From contig NC_042998.1 in NCBI RefSeq assembly GCF_006345805.1, positions 199,888,001 to 199,952,000 of the forward strand: a DNA stretch of 64,000 nt, given 5' to 3'. The stretch is from Octopus sinensis (Eukaryota). The position numbers and the translations under genes are program-made. The notes beneath the pieces were generated by a model. That model did no database searches. It was not told where the DNA came from and saw nothing but the letters and a program-made list of their open reading frames with translations. Shown in pieces: positions 24,595 through 36,700 of the stretch. Position 1 is the stretch's first letter; each line of letters begins with the position of its first letter.

Positions 24595-25942
24595 CAGTGG
24601 TCCCCAACATTTTTTCAGCCAAGGGTCCATTTTTTACTTGAAAAAACCTCTAGTGACCACTTTTATTTTTACTTTATGCTGTTCTATTTTCACACTAACA
24701 TACTTAATGAAAAGACGAAGTAGTCTACATTTTAAAATTTATTTTAGCAAACAAAAGATAAAATTTTAAATTTATTTTAGTAAACAAAGATAAACTCAAA
24801 ATATCAAAGTCATTCATTTTTAGTCCATTCAGCTGGTGACTAGCTTGATATTAGTGTTTCTGACAAAAGATATAATCAATTTTAATGAACTCATTTAGTC
24901 TTAGTCTGATAGTTCGTCTGCTGTTGACATCTAAGTTATTACTTTTTCTACTTGAAATTTCTACATCAGTTCCAAATGTAGATTCCACCATCCATGTGGT
25001 AGGGAAAGAAATGATGCTTGCTTCTACATGTCGAAAAATATTTGGGTGTGATTCCCTTACATATATGTAAGCAAAGACGCCTATTTCAACTCTTCTTCTC
25101 ATTTCATATTCTCACAATCTTTTCCTCAGGAAAATTAGACATTTCATCCTGTCTTCTTGTAACTGTATTATTTGAAAGTGGAATTGTACTCGGAATAGAT
25201 GCAGCATCTTTTACCAGAACCTCATTTTCGCAAGCTATCATAGCAAGCTTGACTAGGTTCTCACCATAAATGTGAGGTACTGCAACCTTGGCTATAATTT
25301 CAGAAACCAAGTAATTTGTTTTGAGTGTCTTTGCTTTTCCAGTATATATCTTCTTTACAATGTCGAGTAGTTTGAATGGCTGTATTTTCTTTTCCCTCTC
25401 AAACTATTCCCTACCTTTACCAAGAGATGATGGATGCCATCATTTCTGGTGTTGTTCCAACTTAACTTTCTTCATAGAATGATTTGTCATGATGTCATCA
25501 CATTCAAACACATAGTTTTTGATTCTACAAATACAAAACCAAAGGTGGTGTCTGTAGTTCCTCAGTTTTGCCTTTTTACCAGTTGGTTCATACATTATTA
25601 CAACTGATCTTAAAAAATAAAAGTAATAAATACCTTATTTCTATAATTAAAAGTATCAAATTTATTATTAATAAATTTTTGAAGTGATCTATTAAAGATA
25701 TCACATTTATTAAGAAACTGTTGTGATTGTAAAATTTAAATTATGTAATTCATGACTGTAATATATTATTGATTATATATTATACAGTATTGATTCTTAT
25801 GGAATAATTATTGAATTTTCTTTTCTTATTCTGTCTTCATATAAATTATTATTAACTAATGGTGTATTTATTATCGAACAATATTGTGTAGATCTGAAAT
25901 GACTTCAATTTTTTATGGCAACGAATTCTCTGGGGACCACAG
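24595..25942 (-). mobile_element. hAT (Buster/Charlie-like) deletion derivative
   Basis: Termini CAGTGGTCCCCA (24595) and TGGGGACCACAG (ends 25942) are 12-bp TIRs with one mismatch. Minus-strand remnants include a BED-finger-like segment and VSEIIAKVAVPHIYGENLVK..TIPLSNNTVTRR. No matching 8-bp TSD was found. Confidence 0.8.
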
Positions 25943-25989
25943 CTTATTCATCCCAACCAATATATATGTATATATATATAAGATATATA

Positions 25990-28900
25990 TATAAGCGAGA
26001 AAGAAGCAACAAGAATGGATAGGTTTTTAGTACGATCGTTTCATACAAGGACAGGTTTTATTAAAAGTTGCAAAGATCAGCATATAAACGAGTCCCGTAC
26101 TCATCAGCTAAAATACATGTAAGTTCTCTAGACATCCAGTGTTTGAGGCTATACTCATGAAGTAATGTAGATAATTAAACAGATTTCTAAAGTTCATTAA
26201 AGTTCCTTAAAGATGATGTATAGTCTTATCACAGAATTTTAAAAAAGTTTTGATAGCATCACAGAGAGAAGGTGACTAATCCATATGAATTTCCATAGAT
26301 ATGATGAGGGATTATATCTCACAGAAGACAAATTTATCCATTGTTATTAGCATTACAGAGAGGGTGAATTAATCCTTTGTATATATGCACAGATTCCAAT
26401 GGTGTAGATGTAAATTTCCAGAGAAATGGAGATGAATTTCATATTCACAGGCGATAAATTTACAATGTTGAACACAATGAGGTAGGTACCAATCCTTGTT
26501 ATATGATTAGGTGTTTGCCATATTAATCACATTACTGCTATTCACAGAGGCTGTAGCTATTTAACTCTTAAAGGTTGAAGGCTTACTAGATCGGCCAAGA
26601 ATAGAGAAGGGAATAGAAGAAAAGAGAGAAAAGAGAAAATAATGGAGGAGGGAGCAAAAAAGGGGGGGAAAGGGGGACTAAGAGAAGAGAAAGGAAACAG
26701 AGAATAAGAAGAAGAAAAAGAAGAAGAGAAAAGAGAAAGAATAGGGAAAGAAGGGAAAAAGAAAAAGAAAAAGAGGGTTCTAGTTATACAGAAGAGCTAG
26801 TAGACTGTAAGTCTGGGTTTTAATCAACAGGCATCTAAGAACTGGAGGGGATATTATTCTTTGACCAGTAAACCGTTAATTTATTGCTGTTGAAATCAGC
26901 TATGAGTTTAAAGAGAATCTAAAGAGATAACACAGTCAGGGGTTAAGGGTCAGATGCTAAAATCACCAGAAAATACATTAGGAAAATCTAAGTATAATCT
27001 TCTCAAAAGTCATTAAAAATTTACTTATTTAATTTATATCATTTATTGTCTTAAGGAGTTGTCATTATTATTCATACATCCGAACTACAGGTCAAATCTT
27101 ATAAGATCATTTACAAGTTGTTAGGGGATTGTCTATCAAATGAAGATAATCATATTATCACCGAGGGAATAGCCTTATTTATTTAATTATGAAATAGAAT
27201 TATGGGGCTACAGTAACTAATTATAATTTATTAGAGTTATCTATTTAAATTAGATTAAGTTAGGAATTAAAATTAAATATTACAATTAAGATTTAAAATT
27301 AAGAATTTAAAAATTGCGAGTTTTGAATTAAATAAAGCCTCAATTAAGTAGCGAATAAGTACTATTCATTTCCTCTGTTCTCAAAAAACTGATGTAGATA
27401 TAAGGAAAAAAGATAAAGATAACTGTAATGTGAGAACTCTTAGTTATCTACTTAAAGCAGTGCTATACTAGTAGAAATCAAGTTATATCTATGTATCTAG
27501 TTATGAATATTCCAATCATTTAAAATATTTTAAGTCTTCAATTTAGCGTGACACAAACTTGACCTAGTTCGATATGGTTATTTCAATAGTTTCTATGTTT
27601 ACTATGCTTTAGAATTTCGTACGTCTCCATGGAGCATAGTTTTACAACCAACCCTACTATTTTTATACGGAATTGCTCTCCTAACTATTTCCCAATTAAG
27701 GGTATAATTTTTGTTATTATTTTTGAGTTCCCAGATTTTGTTTGAAAGTGTGGTGGTACCAGCTTTATGACGTAATTTAAAAGTCGAGATGTGATTTCTA
27801 ACTCTGGCTAAAAAATTAATTGTACAGCCAATGTAACAAATATTTGTTATTCTCCGTGGATATGTTACATTTATAGATTACATTATTTTCCCTACATAGA
27901 CCAGGTGCCGGGCATTTTGATTTTATTCTACACTTACACACAGGAGGAACAACTTCAGGCCTTGGATTATTCCTGGGTAGATTTTAAGGTTCCTATTATT
28001 TTGATTATCATTTCTCTAGTTGTACTGATATCTAAAGTATTGTTATTATTTATTGATCCTTCCGTTTCATCATTTAGGTGGTAAAGTCCTACCAAGATTT
28101 CTTATATTATTCGTAATGTTATTATTATTGTAGTCTTTTTATCCAACTGTATATTTTGTATAGATATCACTGATATTTTCATTCTCCTTATTTTCTCATT
28201 AGCCTTATTTCTATTATTTCTTTATTAACAATATTACTTCTATTAATATCGGCATTGTTATTATTACTATTAATGTTATGTTATTAGTCATTCTGTGGTT
28301 ACTAATTTCACCTATTTTTGATAGTTCCTATTGCTGTTTTTATTGTTGGTAGTATTATTGTTATTGCTATTGGTATTCATTCTGATATTATTATTTTTAT
28401 TTCTATCTTTCCTGGCTAGTTTAATGTTGTTATTATTATTTTAGCTATTAAAGTGGACATATTTGGGAGGGTTGAATAAGAAATCCTAACTGTTTTCCTA
28501 GAAATAATTCTATGATATCTATGAGAGATAGGGAAATTTTTTTTCCAGAATTACTTTGAATTTGTTCTGTATATCCGATTGTATCGCACAGTTGAAAGAA
28601 TATTCAGCCATAATATATCTTTTTTAAAAATTTAGGGTTCGTAGAATTACTAACTATTCATCTCACCGGAGTTATTGTATTTATTACCATTATTTTATTT
28701 TTATTTGTGTGCATCTAGGTTTATCTACTTCAATCTTAATCCGAGTTACCTATGTTCTGGTCAATGTTTCTATTTGAATTGTTGGGCCTTCTTTAGTTAG
28801 CGCTTTACTTCTCTAATTCACCGTTCTACTTTTATTTCGGGTTTGGTCTTTTTTGCTGCTTACTTGATTACTGATAACTTCATTATTAGGAATACGTGAG

Positions 28901-29462
28901 TTCTCCCTATCAACGAATGTAATCTTTTGGTTGTATCCAGCCTTAGTTAACGCGCATTATAATGCTCAGAATGGGAGTTAATATATCCTTATTGGATGAT
29001 AATTTTGAAATTCTTATGAAATATTTCTTACTAAAGATTCTATTATTTTGGGGGATGATTTGATAATTTATTTACGTAATTCGTGACTTCGCCTTCCTTT
29101 CTAAATGGGTAATGTAGCTTGGAGTTAAGGTCTAGGGTAATATCTAGGAAATTAGCTATTTAGTGCCCGGTTCATACGTTATACTGAGGTTGAAATCCTT
29201 AAAGAACTTATTAATTTCTTTCTAATCCTTTCTATAACAGATTTATTATTACTAGGGATAACAAACAGAGCATCATCTCTATATAGACCCCTGTATTTCT
29301 GGGATATCCTTGCTTATGCATTTTAATAGATATGCGCCTACTAGGTTGGTTACCTCAGCCGAATCACTGGAACCCATTGGTATATCAAAAAAATTTGGTG
29401 TATCTGCTCTAGTCCATAATTTATCTTCAAATTCAATAAATGTTCCTAGCTAGTAGCACAAT
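25990..29462 (-). mobile_element. Penelope-like element, 5'-truncated inverted copy (left arm)
   Basis: Reverse complement of 30757-34238, differing mainly by single-base indels. It starts inside the RT and includes the GIY-YIG domain, 3' UTR and hammerhead. Confidence 0.93.
26025..26113 (-). ncRNA. Type I hammerhead ribozyme, copy 1
   Basis: Reverse complement of TTTTAG-CTGATGA-G..T-GAAAC-GATC-GTA-CTAAAA, the same fold as 29597-29687. Confidence 0.8.
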
Positions 29463-29463
29463 T

Positions 29464-29830
29464 TTTTTAAAATTCTGTGATAAGACTATACATCATCTTT
29501 AGGAACTTTAATGAACTTTAGAAATCTGTTTAATTATCTAAAATTACTTCATGAGTATAGCCTCAAACACTAGGATGTCTAGAGAACTTACATGTATTTT
29601 AGCTGATGAGTACGGGACTCGTTTATATGCTGTAATCTTTGCAACTTTTAATAAAACCTGTCCTTGTATGAAACGATCGTACTAAAAACCTATCATTCTT
29701 GTTGCTTCTTTCTCGCTTATAATCACCCCACATTACTGTATTGTTAAATCAGTATGTTTTTTTGGTGCATCTAAGTTAGGTACCATATTCAAGTAAATTT
29801 TTTAAATAACTTGAATCTTATTGCTCTTTG
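29464..29830 (+). repeat. 5' pseudo-LTR (direct repeat of 33984-34347)
   Basis: TTTTTAAAATTCTGTGATAAGAC to GCTCTTTG occurs in both places. Confidence 0.93.
29597..29687 (+). ncRNA. Type I hammerhead ribozyme, copy 2 (predicted cleavage after GUA at 29681)
   Basis: Stem I TTTTAG/CTAAAA; core CTGATGA (29603-29609); stem II GTACGGGAC/GTCCTTGTAT with a long extension; GAAA (29670-29673); palindromic stem III ACGATCGT; GUA triplet. Confidence 0.85.
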
Positions 29831-29929
29831 AATATATTCCCATACAGTCTGTATGTTTTTCTGGTACTTAATTTCTCAACAAGAAGGAAAAAGTAACATT
29901 AAGTTCTCCCCTAAAGACATCCCTTTACA

Positions 29930-32712
29930 TAGTATAGATGAATATAATTGGCTTCTCATTCATAGGATTACGATTTCATTAGAAGAATCAGGTGGGAAAA
30001 ACGTACCATTTTGATGTCAAACAGAAGAAGAAACCTCAGGAAATGAATACCGAAAAGAATTTAGAAGAATTTTAAAAAGAAAAAAGCCCACCTCAGAACC
30101 CATTCCTGGAGAACTTTGAGAAAGATTGCTGAATCTTATAGATGATATTAGCTTCAATGAACACCCGTTAAGATATAACCCTCACTTAGACACCTTAGGA
30201 ACTTTATTCAGTCAACCCGGTGCAAACATGGAATCCTAGTACAGCAGATAAAACGGGTAATATGTATATAGAGTTGATTACGATATTTATAGCAATTAAT
30301 TAGGAAAGAACTAAACTCCAAATATAAAATTACAACTAAGAACAATTTGAAAAAAGTAAACATGGAAATGAAAGAGATCATGGAGAAACTAAATTTAACA
30401 GATAGAACGGAGCCACTTAAACCTGTGAGCCCAGGATCAACCTAAAGACCACAAAAAGGACTTCTTGGATAACCCTTCAGTAAGGCTGATCTGTCCAACT
30501 AAGTCGGACATTGGCCGACTTAGTAAATCTATCCTGGATACTGTTCTACCCCAAATAAACCCCTCTTCTCCCCTTAAACCTATGGCTAAGTACCGACGAA
30601 GTTCTAAAATGGTTTTAACTCTCTAACTAATACTAGTAGTCTGTCTTTATTCAGTTCGATATTAATAGTTATTACTCTAGCATTTCCCCTATCTTACTCA
30701 ACAAATCACTAATATTTGCCATGAATCGCTCCCTCATAACTAGAGAAGAAATCAATATTGTGCTACTAGCTAGGAAGACATTTATTGAATTTGAAGATAA
30801 ATTATGGACTAGAGCAGAACACCAAATTTTTTTGATATACCAATGGGTCCAGTGATTCGGCTGAGGTAACCAACCTAGTAGGCGCATATCTATTAAAATG
30901 CATAAGCAAGGATATCCCAGAAATACAGGGGGGTCTATATAGAGATGATGCTCTGTTTGTTATCCCTAGTAATAATAAATCTGTTATAGAAAGGATTAGA
31001 AAGAAAATTAATAAGTTCTTTAAGGATTTCAACCTCAGTATAACGTATGAACCGGGCACTAAAATAGCTAATTTCCTAGATATTACCTAGACCTAACTCC
31101 AAGCTACATTACCCATTTAGAGAAGGAAGCGGCGAAGTCACGAATTACGTAAATAAATTATCAAATCATCCCCCAAATATAATAGAATCTTTAGTAAGAA
31201 ATATTTCATTAAGAATTTCAAAATTATCATCCAATAAGGATATATTTAACTCCCATTCTGAGCATTATAATGCGGCGTTAACTAAGGCTGGATACAACCA
31301 AAAGATTACATTCGTTGATAGGGAGAACTCACGTATTCTAATAATGAAGTTATCAGTAATCAAGTAAGCAGCAAAAAAGACCAAACCCGAAATAAAAGTA
31401 GAATTAAATTAACGGTAAACGCTAATCTAGAGTACAGGCCCAACAATTCAAATAGAAACATTGACCAGAACATAGGTAACTCGGATAAGATTGAAGTAGA
31501 TAAACCTAAGATGCACACAAATAAAAATAAAAATAATGGTAATAAATACAATAACTCCGGTGAGATGAATAGTAGTAATTCTACGAACCCTAAATTTTAT
31601 AAAAAAGATATATATGGCTGAATATTCTTTCAACTGTGCGATACAATCGGATATACAGAACAAATTCAAAGTAATTCTGGAAAAAAAATTCCCTATCTCT
31701 CATAGATATCATAGAATTATTCTAGGAAAACAGTTAGGATTTCTTATTCAACCCTCCCAAATATGTCCACTTTAATAGCTAAAATTAATAATAACAACAT
31801 TAAACTAGCCAGGAAAGATAGAAAAAAAAATAATAATATCAGAATGAATACCAATAGCAATAACAATAATACTACAACAATAAAAACAGCAATAGGAACT
31901 ATCAAAACATAGGTGAAATTAGTAACCACAGAATGACTAATAACATTAACATTAATAGTAATAATAACAATGCCGATATAATTAGAAGTAATATTGTTAA
32001 TAATAGAAATAATAGAAATAAGGCTAATGGAGAAAATAAGGAGAATGAAAATATCAGTGATATCTATAACAATAATATACAGTTGGGAATAAAAAGACTA
32101 ACAATAATAATAACATTACGAATAATATAAGAAATCTTGGTAGGACTTTACACCTAAATGATGAAACGGAAGGATCAATAAATAATAACAATACTTTAGA
32201 TATCAGTACCAACTATAGAAATGATAATCAAAATAATAGGAACCTAAACATCTACCCAGGAATAATCCAAGGCCTGAAGTTGTTCCTCCTGTGTGTAAGT
32301 GTAGAATAAAATCAAAATGCCGGCACCTGGTCTATGTAGGGAAAATAATGTAATCTATAAATGTACCATATCCACGGAGAATAACAAATATTTTTACATT
32401 GGCTGTACAATTAATTTTTTAGCCAGAGTTAGAAATCACATCTCGACTTTTAAATTACGTCATAAAGCTGGTACCACCACACTTTCAACAAAATCTGGGA
32501 ACTCAAAATAATAACAAAATTATACCCTTAATTGGGAAATAGTTAGGAGAGCAATTCCGTATAAAAATAGTAGGGTTGGTTGTCAACTATGCTCCATGGA
32601 GACGTACGAAATTCTAAAGCATAGTAAACATAGAAACTTATTGAATAACCATATCGAACTAGGTCAAGTTTGTGTCCACGCTAAATTGAAGACTTTAAAA
32701 TATTTTAAATGA
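29930..32712 (+). pseudogene. PLE polyprotein (reverse transcriptase + C-terminal GIY-YIG endonuclease), frameshifted as assembled
   Basis: Motifs across frames: [114 protein letters not shown], then a TGA stop at about 32710. The start codon was not determined. Confidence 0.9.
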
Positions 32713-34113
32713 TTGGAATATTCATAACTAGATACATAGATAACTTGATTTCTACTAGTATAGCACTGCTTTAAGTAGATAACTAAGAGTTCTCACATTA
32801 CAGTTATCTTTATCTTTTTCCTTATATCTACATCAGTTTTTTGAGAACAGGGAAATGAATAGTACTTATTCGCTACTTAATTGAGGCTTTATTTAATTTC
32901 AAACTCGCAATTTTTAAATTCTTAATTTTAATCTTAATTGTATATTTAATTTTAATTCCTAACTTAATCTAATTTAAATAGCATAACTCTAATAAATTAT
33001 AATTAGTTACTGTAGCCCCATAATTCTATTTCATAATTAAATAAATAAGGCTATTCCCTCGGTGATAATATGATATCTTCATTGGATAGACAATCCCCTA
33101 ACAACTTGTAAATGATCTTATAAGATTTGACCTGTAGTCGGTCAATGTATGAATAATAATGACAACTCCTTAAGACAATAAAATGAATAAATTAAATAAG
33201 TAAATTTTTAATGACTTTTGAGAAGATTATACTTAGATTTTCCTAATGTATTTTCTGGTGATTTTAGCATCTGACCCCTTAACCCCTGACTGTGTTATCT
33301 CTTTAGATTCTCTTTAAACTCATAGCTGATTTCAACAGCAATAAATTAACGGTTTACTGGTCAAAGAATAATAATTCCCCTCCAGTTCTTAGATGCCTGT
33401 TGATTAAAACCAGACTTACAGTCTACTAGCTCTTCTGTATAACTAGAACCTCTTTTTTCTTTTTCTTTTTTCCCTTCTTTCCTATTTCTTTCTCTTTTTC
33501 TTTTTCTTTTTCTCTTCTTATTCTCTGTTTCCTTTTCTCTTCTCTTTTAGTCCCCCTTTCCCCCCCTTTTTTGCTCCCTCCTCCATTATTTTCTCTTTTT
33601 TCTCTTTTTTCTTCCCTTTCTATTCTTGGCCGATCTAGTAAGCCCTTCAACCTTTAAGAGTTAAATAGCTACAGCCTCTTGTGAATAGCAGTAATGTGAT
33701 TGATTAATATGGCAAACACCTAATCATATAACAAGGATTGGTACCTACCTCATTGTGTTCAACCATTGTAAAATTTATCGCCTGTGAATATGAAATTCAT
33801 CTCCATTTCTCTGGAAATTTACATCTACACCATTGGAATCTGTGCATATATACAAAGGATTAATTCACCCTCTCTGTAATGCTAATAAAATGGATAAATT
33901 TGTCTTCTGTGATATATAATCCCTCATCATATCTATGGAAATTCATATGGATTAGGTCACCTTCTCTGTGATGCTATCAAAACTTTTTAAAATTCTGTGA
34001 TAAGACTATACATCATCTTTAGGAACTTTAATGAACTTTAGAAATCTGTTTAATTATCTACATTTTCATGAGTATAGCCTCAAACACTAGGATGTCTAGA
34101 GAACTTACATGTA

Positions 34114-34203
34114 TTTTAGCTGATGAGTACGGGACTCGTTTATATGCTGTAATCTTTGCAACTTTTAATAAAACTGTCCTTGTATGAAACGATCGTACTA
34201 AAA
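34114..34203 (+). ncRNA. Type I hammerhead ribozyme, copy 3 (predicted cleavage after 34197)
   Basis: Same core and stems as copy 2, within the 3' pseudo-LTR. Confidence 0.85.
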
Positions 34204-34452
34204 ACCTATCCATTCTTGTTGCTTCTTTCTCGCTTATAATCACCCCACATTACTGTATTGTTAAATCAGTATGTTTTTTTGGTGCATCTAAGTTAGGTAC
34301 CATATTAACTAAATTTTTTAAATAACTTTGAATCTTTATGCTCTTTGTATATATATATTATATATATATATGTATGTTGTATGCATGAATTATATATATA
34401 TTATATATAGTATATATATATATATATTACATACACACACACACACAACATA

Positions 34453-34483
<31 letters not shown>

Positions 34484-35082
34484 GGCCGCACGTGAATAAT
34501 CGGAACACTTCAGCACTGAATATATTCCGGTTTAGTTTTTAAGTAAAATATAAGGAAACAATCTATATAAGATTTATCAAGTAGCTGTACATATATATAT
34601 ATATTCACGTGCGCCGAATTAAACATGGGAAGCTCCTTGCATGAATATATAAGTGTGAACATGAATATATAAGTGCTCTGCTGGGTGCATTGTTGTTCGC
34701 TTGATATGTGGAGATGTTTATATTTATATTTTCTGGTTATGTTGTACCAATGATTAGCGAGCATATTATACATGCTGATCATGAAATCTTTAATGATATA
34801 CGACTAAAACGTTTTTGAAAGGAACTTCTATGTTCATTCCCACAATTTCGGTGCCCATGTATATGTATTGAAATAGTTTGACATTAGAGTCAAACTATAC
34901 ATTTTATATGCATTTTATATATAAGAAAAAAAAACTATATACTTCGTATTGTTTTTTTCCCTCAATTGGTTTTTCACGCTGCGTACTAGATAAATCTTAT
35001 ATATATTTATCGTTATATATATATATATATATATATACATACATACATTCACGCACACACAAACACACACACATACACACAC

Positions 35083-35131
<49 letters not shown>

Positions 35132-35166
35132 GATATATATATATATAATATATATATATATAATAT

Positions 35167-35199
<33 letters not shown>

Positions 35200-35842
35200 G
35201 GCCGCACGTGAATAATCGGAACACTTCAGCACTGAATATATTCCGGTTTAGTTTTTAAGTAAAATATAAGGAAACAATCTATATAAGATTTATCAAGTAG
35301 CTGTACATATATATATATATTCACGTGCGGCCGAATTAAACATGGGAAGCTCCTTGCATGAATATATAAGTGTGAACATGAATATATAAGTGCTCTGCTG
35401 GGTGCATTGTTGTTCGCTTGATATGTGGAGATGTTTATATTTATATTTTCTGGTTATGTTGTACCAATGATTAGCGAGCATATTATACATGCTGATCATG
35501 AAATCTTTAATGATATACGACTAAAACGTTTTTGAAAGGAACTTCTATGTTCATTCCCACAATTTCGGTGCCCATGTATATGTATTGAAATAGTTTGACA
35601 TTAGAGTCAAACTATACATTTTATATGCATTTTATATATAAGAAAAAAAAACTATATACTTCGTATTGTTTTTTTCCCTCAATTGGTTTTTCACGCTGCG
35701 TACTAGATAAATCTTATATATATTATCGTTATATATATATATATATATATATACATACATACATTCACGCACACACAAACACACACACATACACACACAC
35801 ATACATACACACACACACACAACACACACACACACACATATA

Positions 35843-35870
<28 letters not shown>
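34484..35870. repeat. Tandem duplication of a ~716-bp unit bounded by (TA)n tracts
   Basis: GGCCGCACGTGAATAATCGG at 34484 and 35200. The units are nearly identical apart from microsatellite lengths. Confidence 0.92.
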
Positions 35871-35873
<3 letters not shown>

Positions 35874-36477
35874 CATAGAAGTAAATATAAGGCAAATATA
35901 CTGGAAAGCAATACTCTCGTATTGCATTACAATATATATATATATATATCATGAAAGATGGCATGCGATTCACTACAGCTGTTTCGGGCGTCATTTTGTT
36001 GATCAATAGGAGTGTTATATCATATAAAAAAATACAAAACGAAAACCGTTTTCGTCATGTGGATACAGGTAAAAAATAACAATTAGAAATACTCCAGAAA
36101 TTCGGTCAGCGAGCAAAAAGTTTAATGTAGTATCAATTACATATAGGCTTCAGCCTATATAAGAGAAGGTAGTAGGTGGAGAAGTATAAGGAATAAAGTG
36201 GAGAGAGAAAGAGTATAAGAGAATGCATGATCTTGTTTGACCTCGTAAATGATCATAATTAAAATAAACCTTGTTTCTATATAGTTGACAGGGGTATTTA
36301 TATGCATAAATAATAATAATTAAAAGAAATGGTGGTGGGAAAACAAAACCCTACGCACATATACATTTATATACAAACGTCCCCACAAACTCACATAAAT
36401 GGATACATATACTTACATGCATTGGGAAAAAGTTATCGGACTAGTTACGTGTAATAATGTATAACTTTTTTACCTAG

Positions 36478-36700
36478 GTTTTAACATAATCTCCTGCGCA
36501 TTAATACACAGGTCCCAGGGTACCTGCCACATTTGGAATCCGGCCTGGAAGTCATTTTCTGTAACCGAGGCGAGGAAGTTCTGTGATGCGTTCTGGTTCT
36601 CGAAAACGGTGTTAAAACAGCAATCTTTGAGCCGAATCTTCATCTTGGAGAAGAGATGAAAGTCCGTAGGTGCTAAAGTTGGCGATTAGAGTTGGTGTTG
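36478..36700 (-). mobile_element. Mariner transposase C-terminal remnant
   Basis: Minus strand SPTLAPTDFHLFSKMKIRLK..ENDFQAGFQMWQVPWDLCINAQ, a decayed SPDLAP.DF..F motif plus mariner terminal helices. Confidence 0.72.

Larger units (their letters stand above)
29463..34347 (+). mobile_element. Penelope-like retroelement (Naiad-like), full unit with pseudo-LTRs
   Basis: Direct repeats at 29464-29830 and 33984-34347 flank an RT + GIY-YIG region, and the right end runs into (TA)n. Confidence 0.92.

Noticed and set aside
32295-32345. Selenocysteine (UGA) recoding, reported for some Naiad PLEs
   Set aside because: The conserved Cys positions of the linker are all TGT/TGC here; I saw no in-frame TGA at a conserved Cys.
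35974-35990. Minus-strand CGAAACAGCTGTA resembling a hammerhead half with palindromic stem III
   Set aside because: No acceptable CUGANGA or stem I partner was found at a suitable distance.
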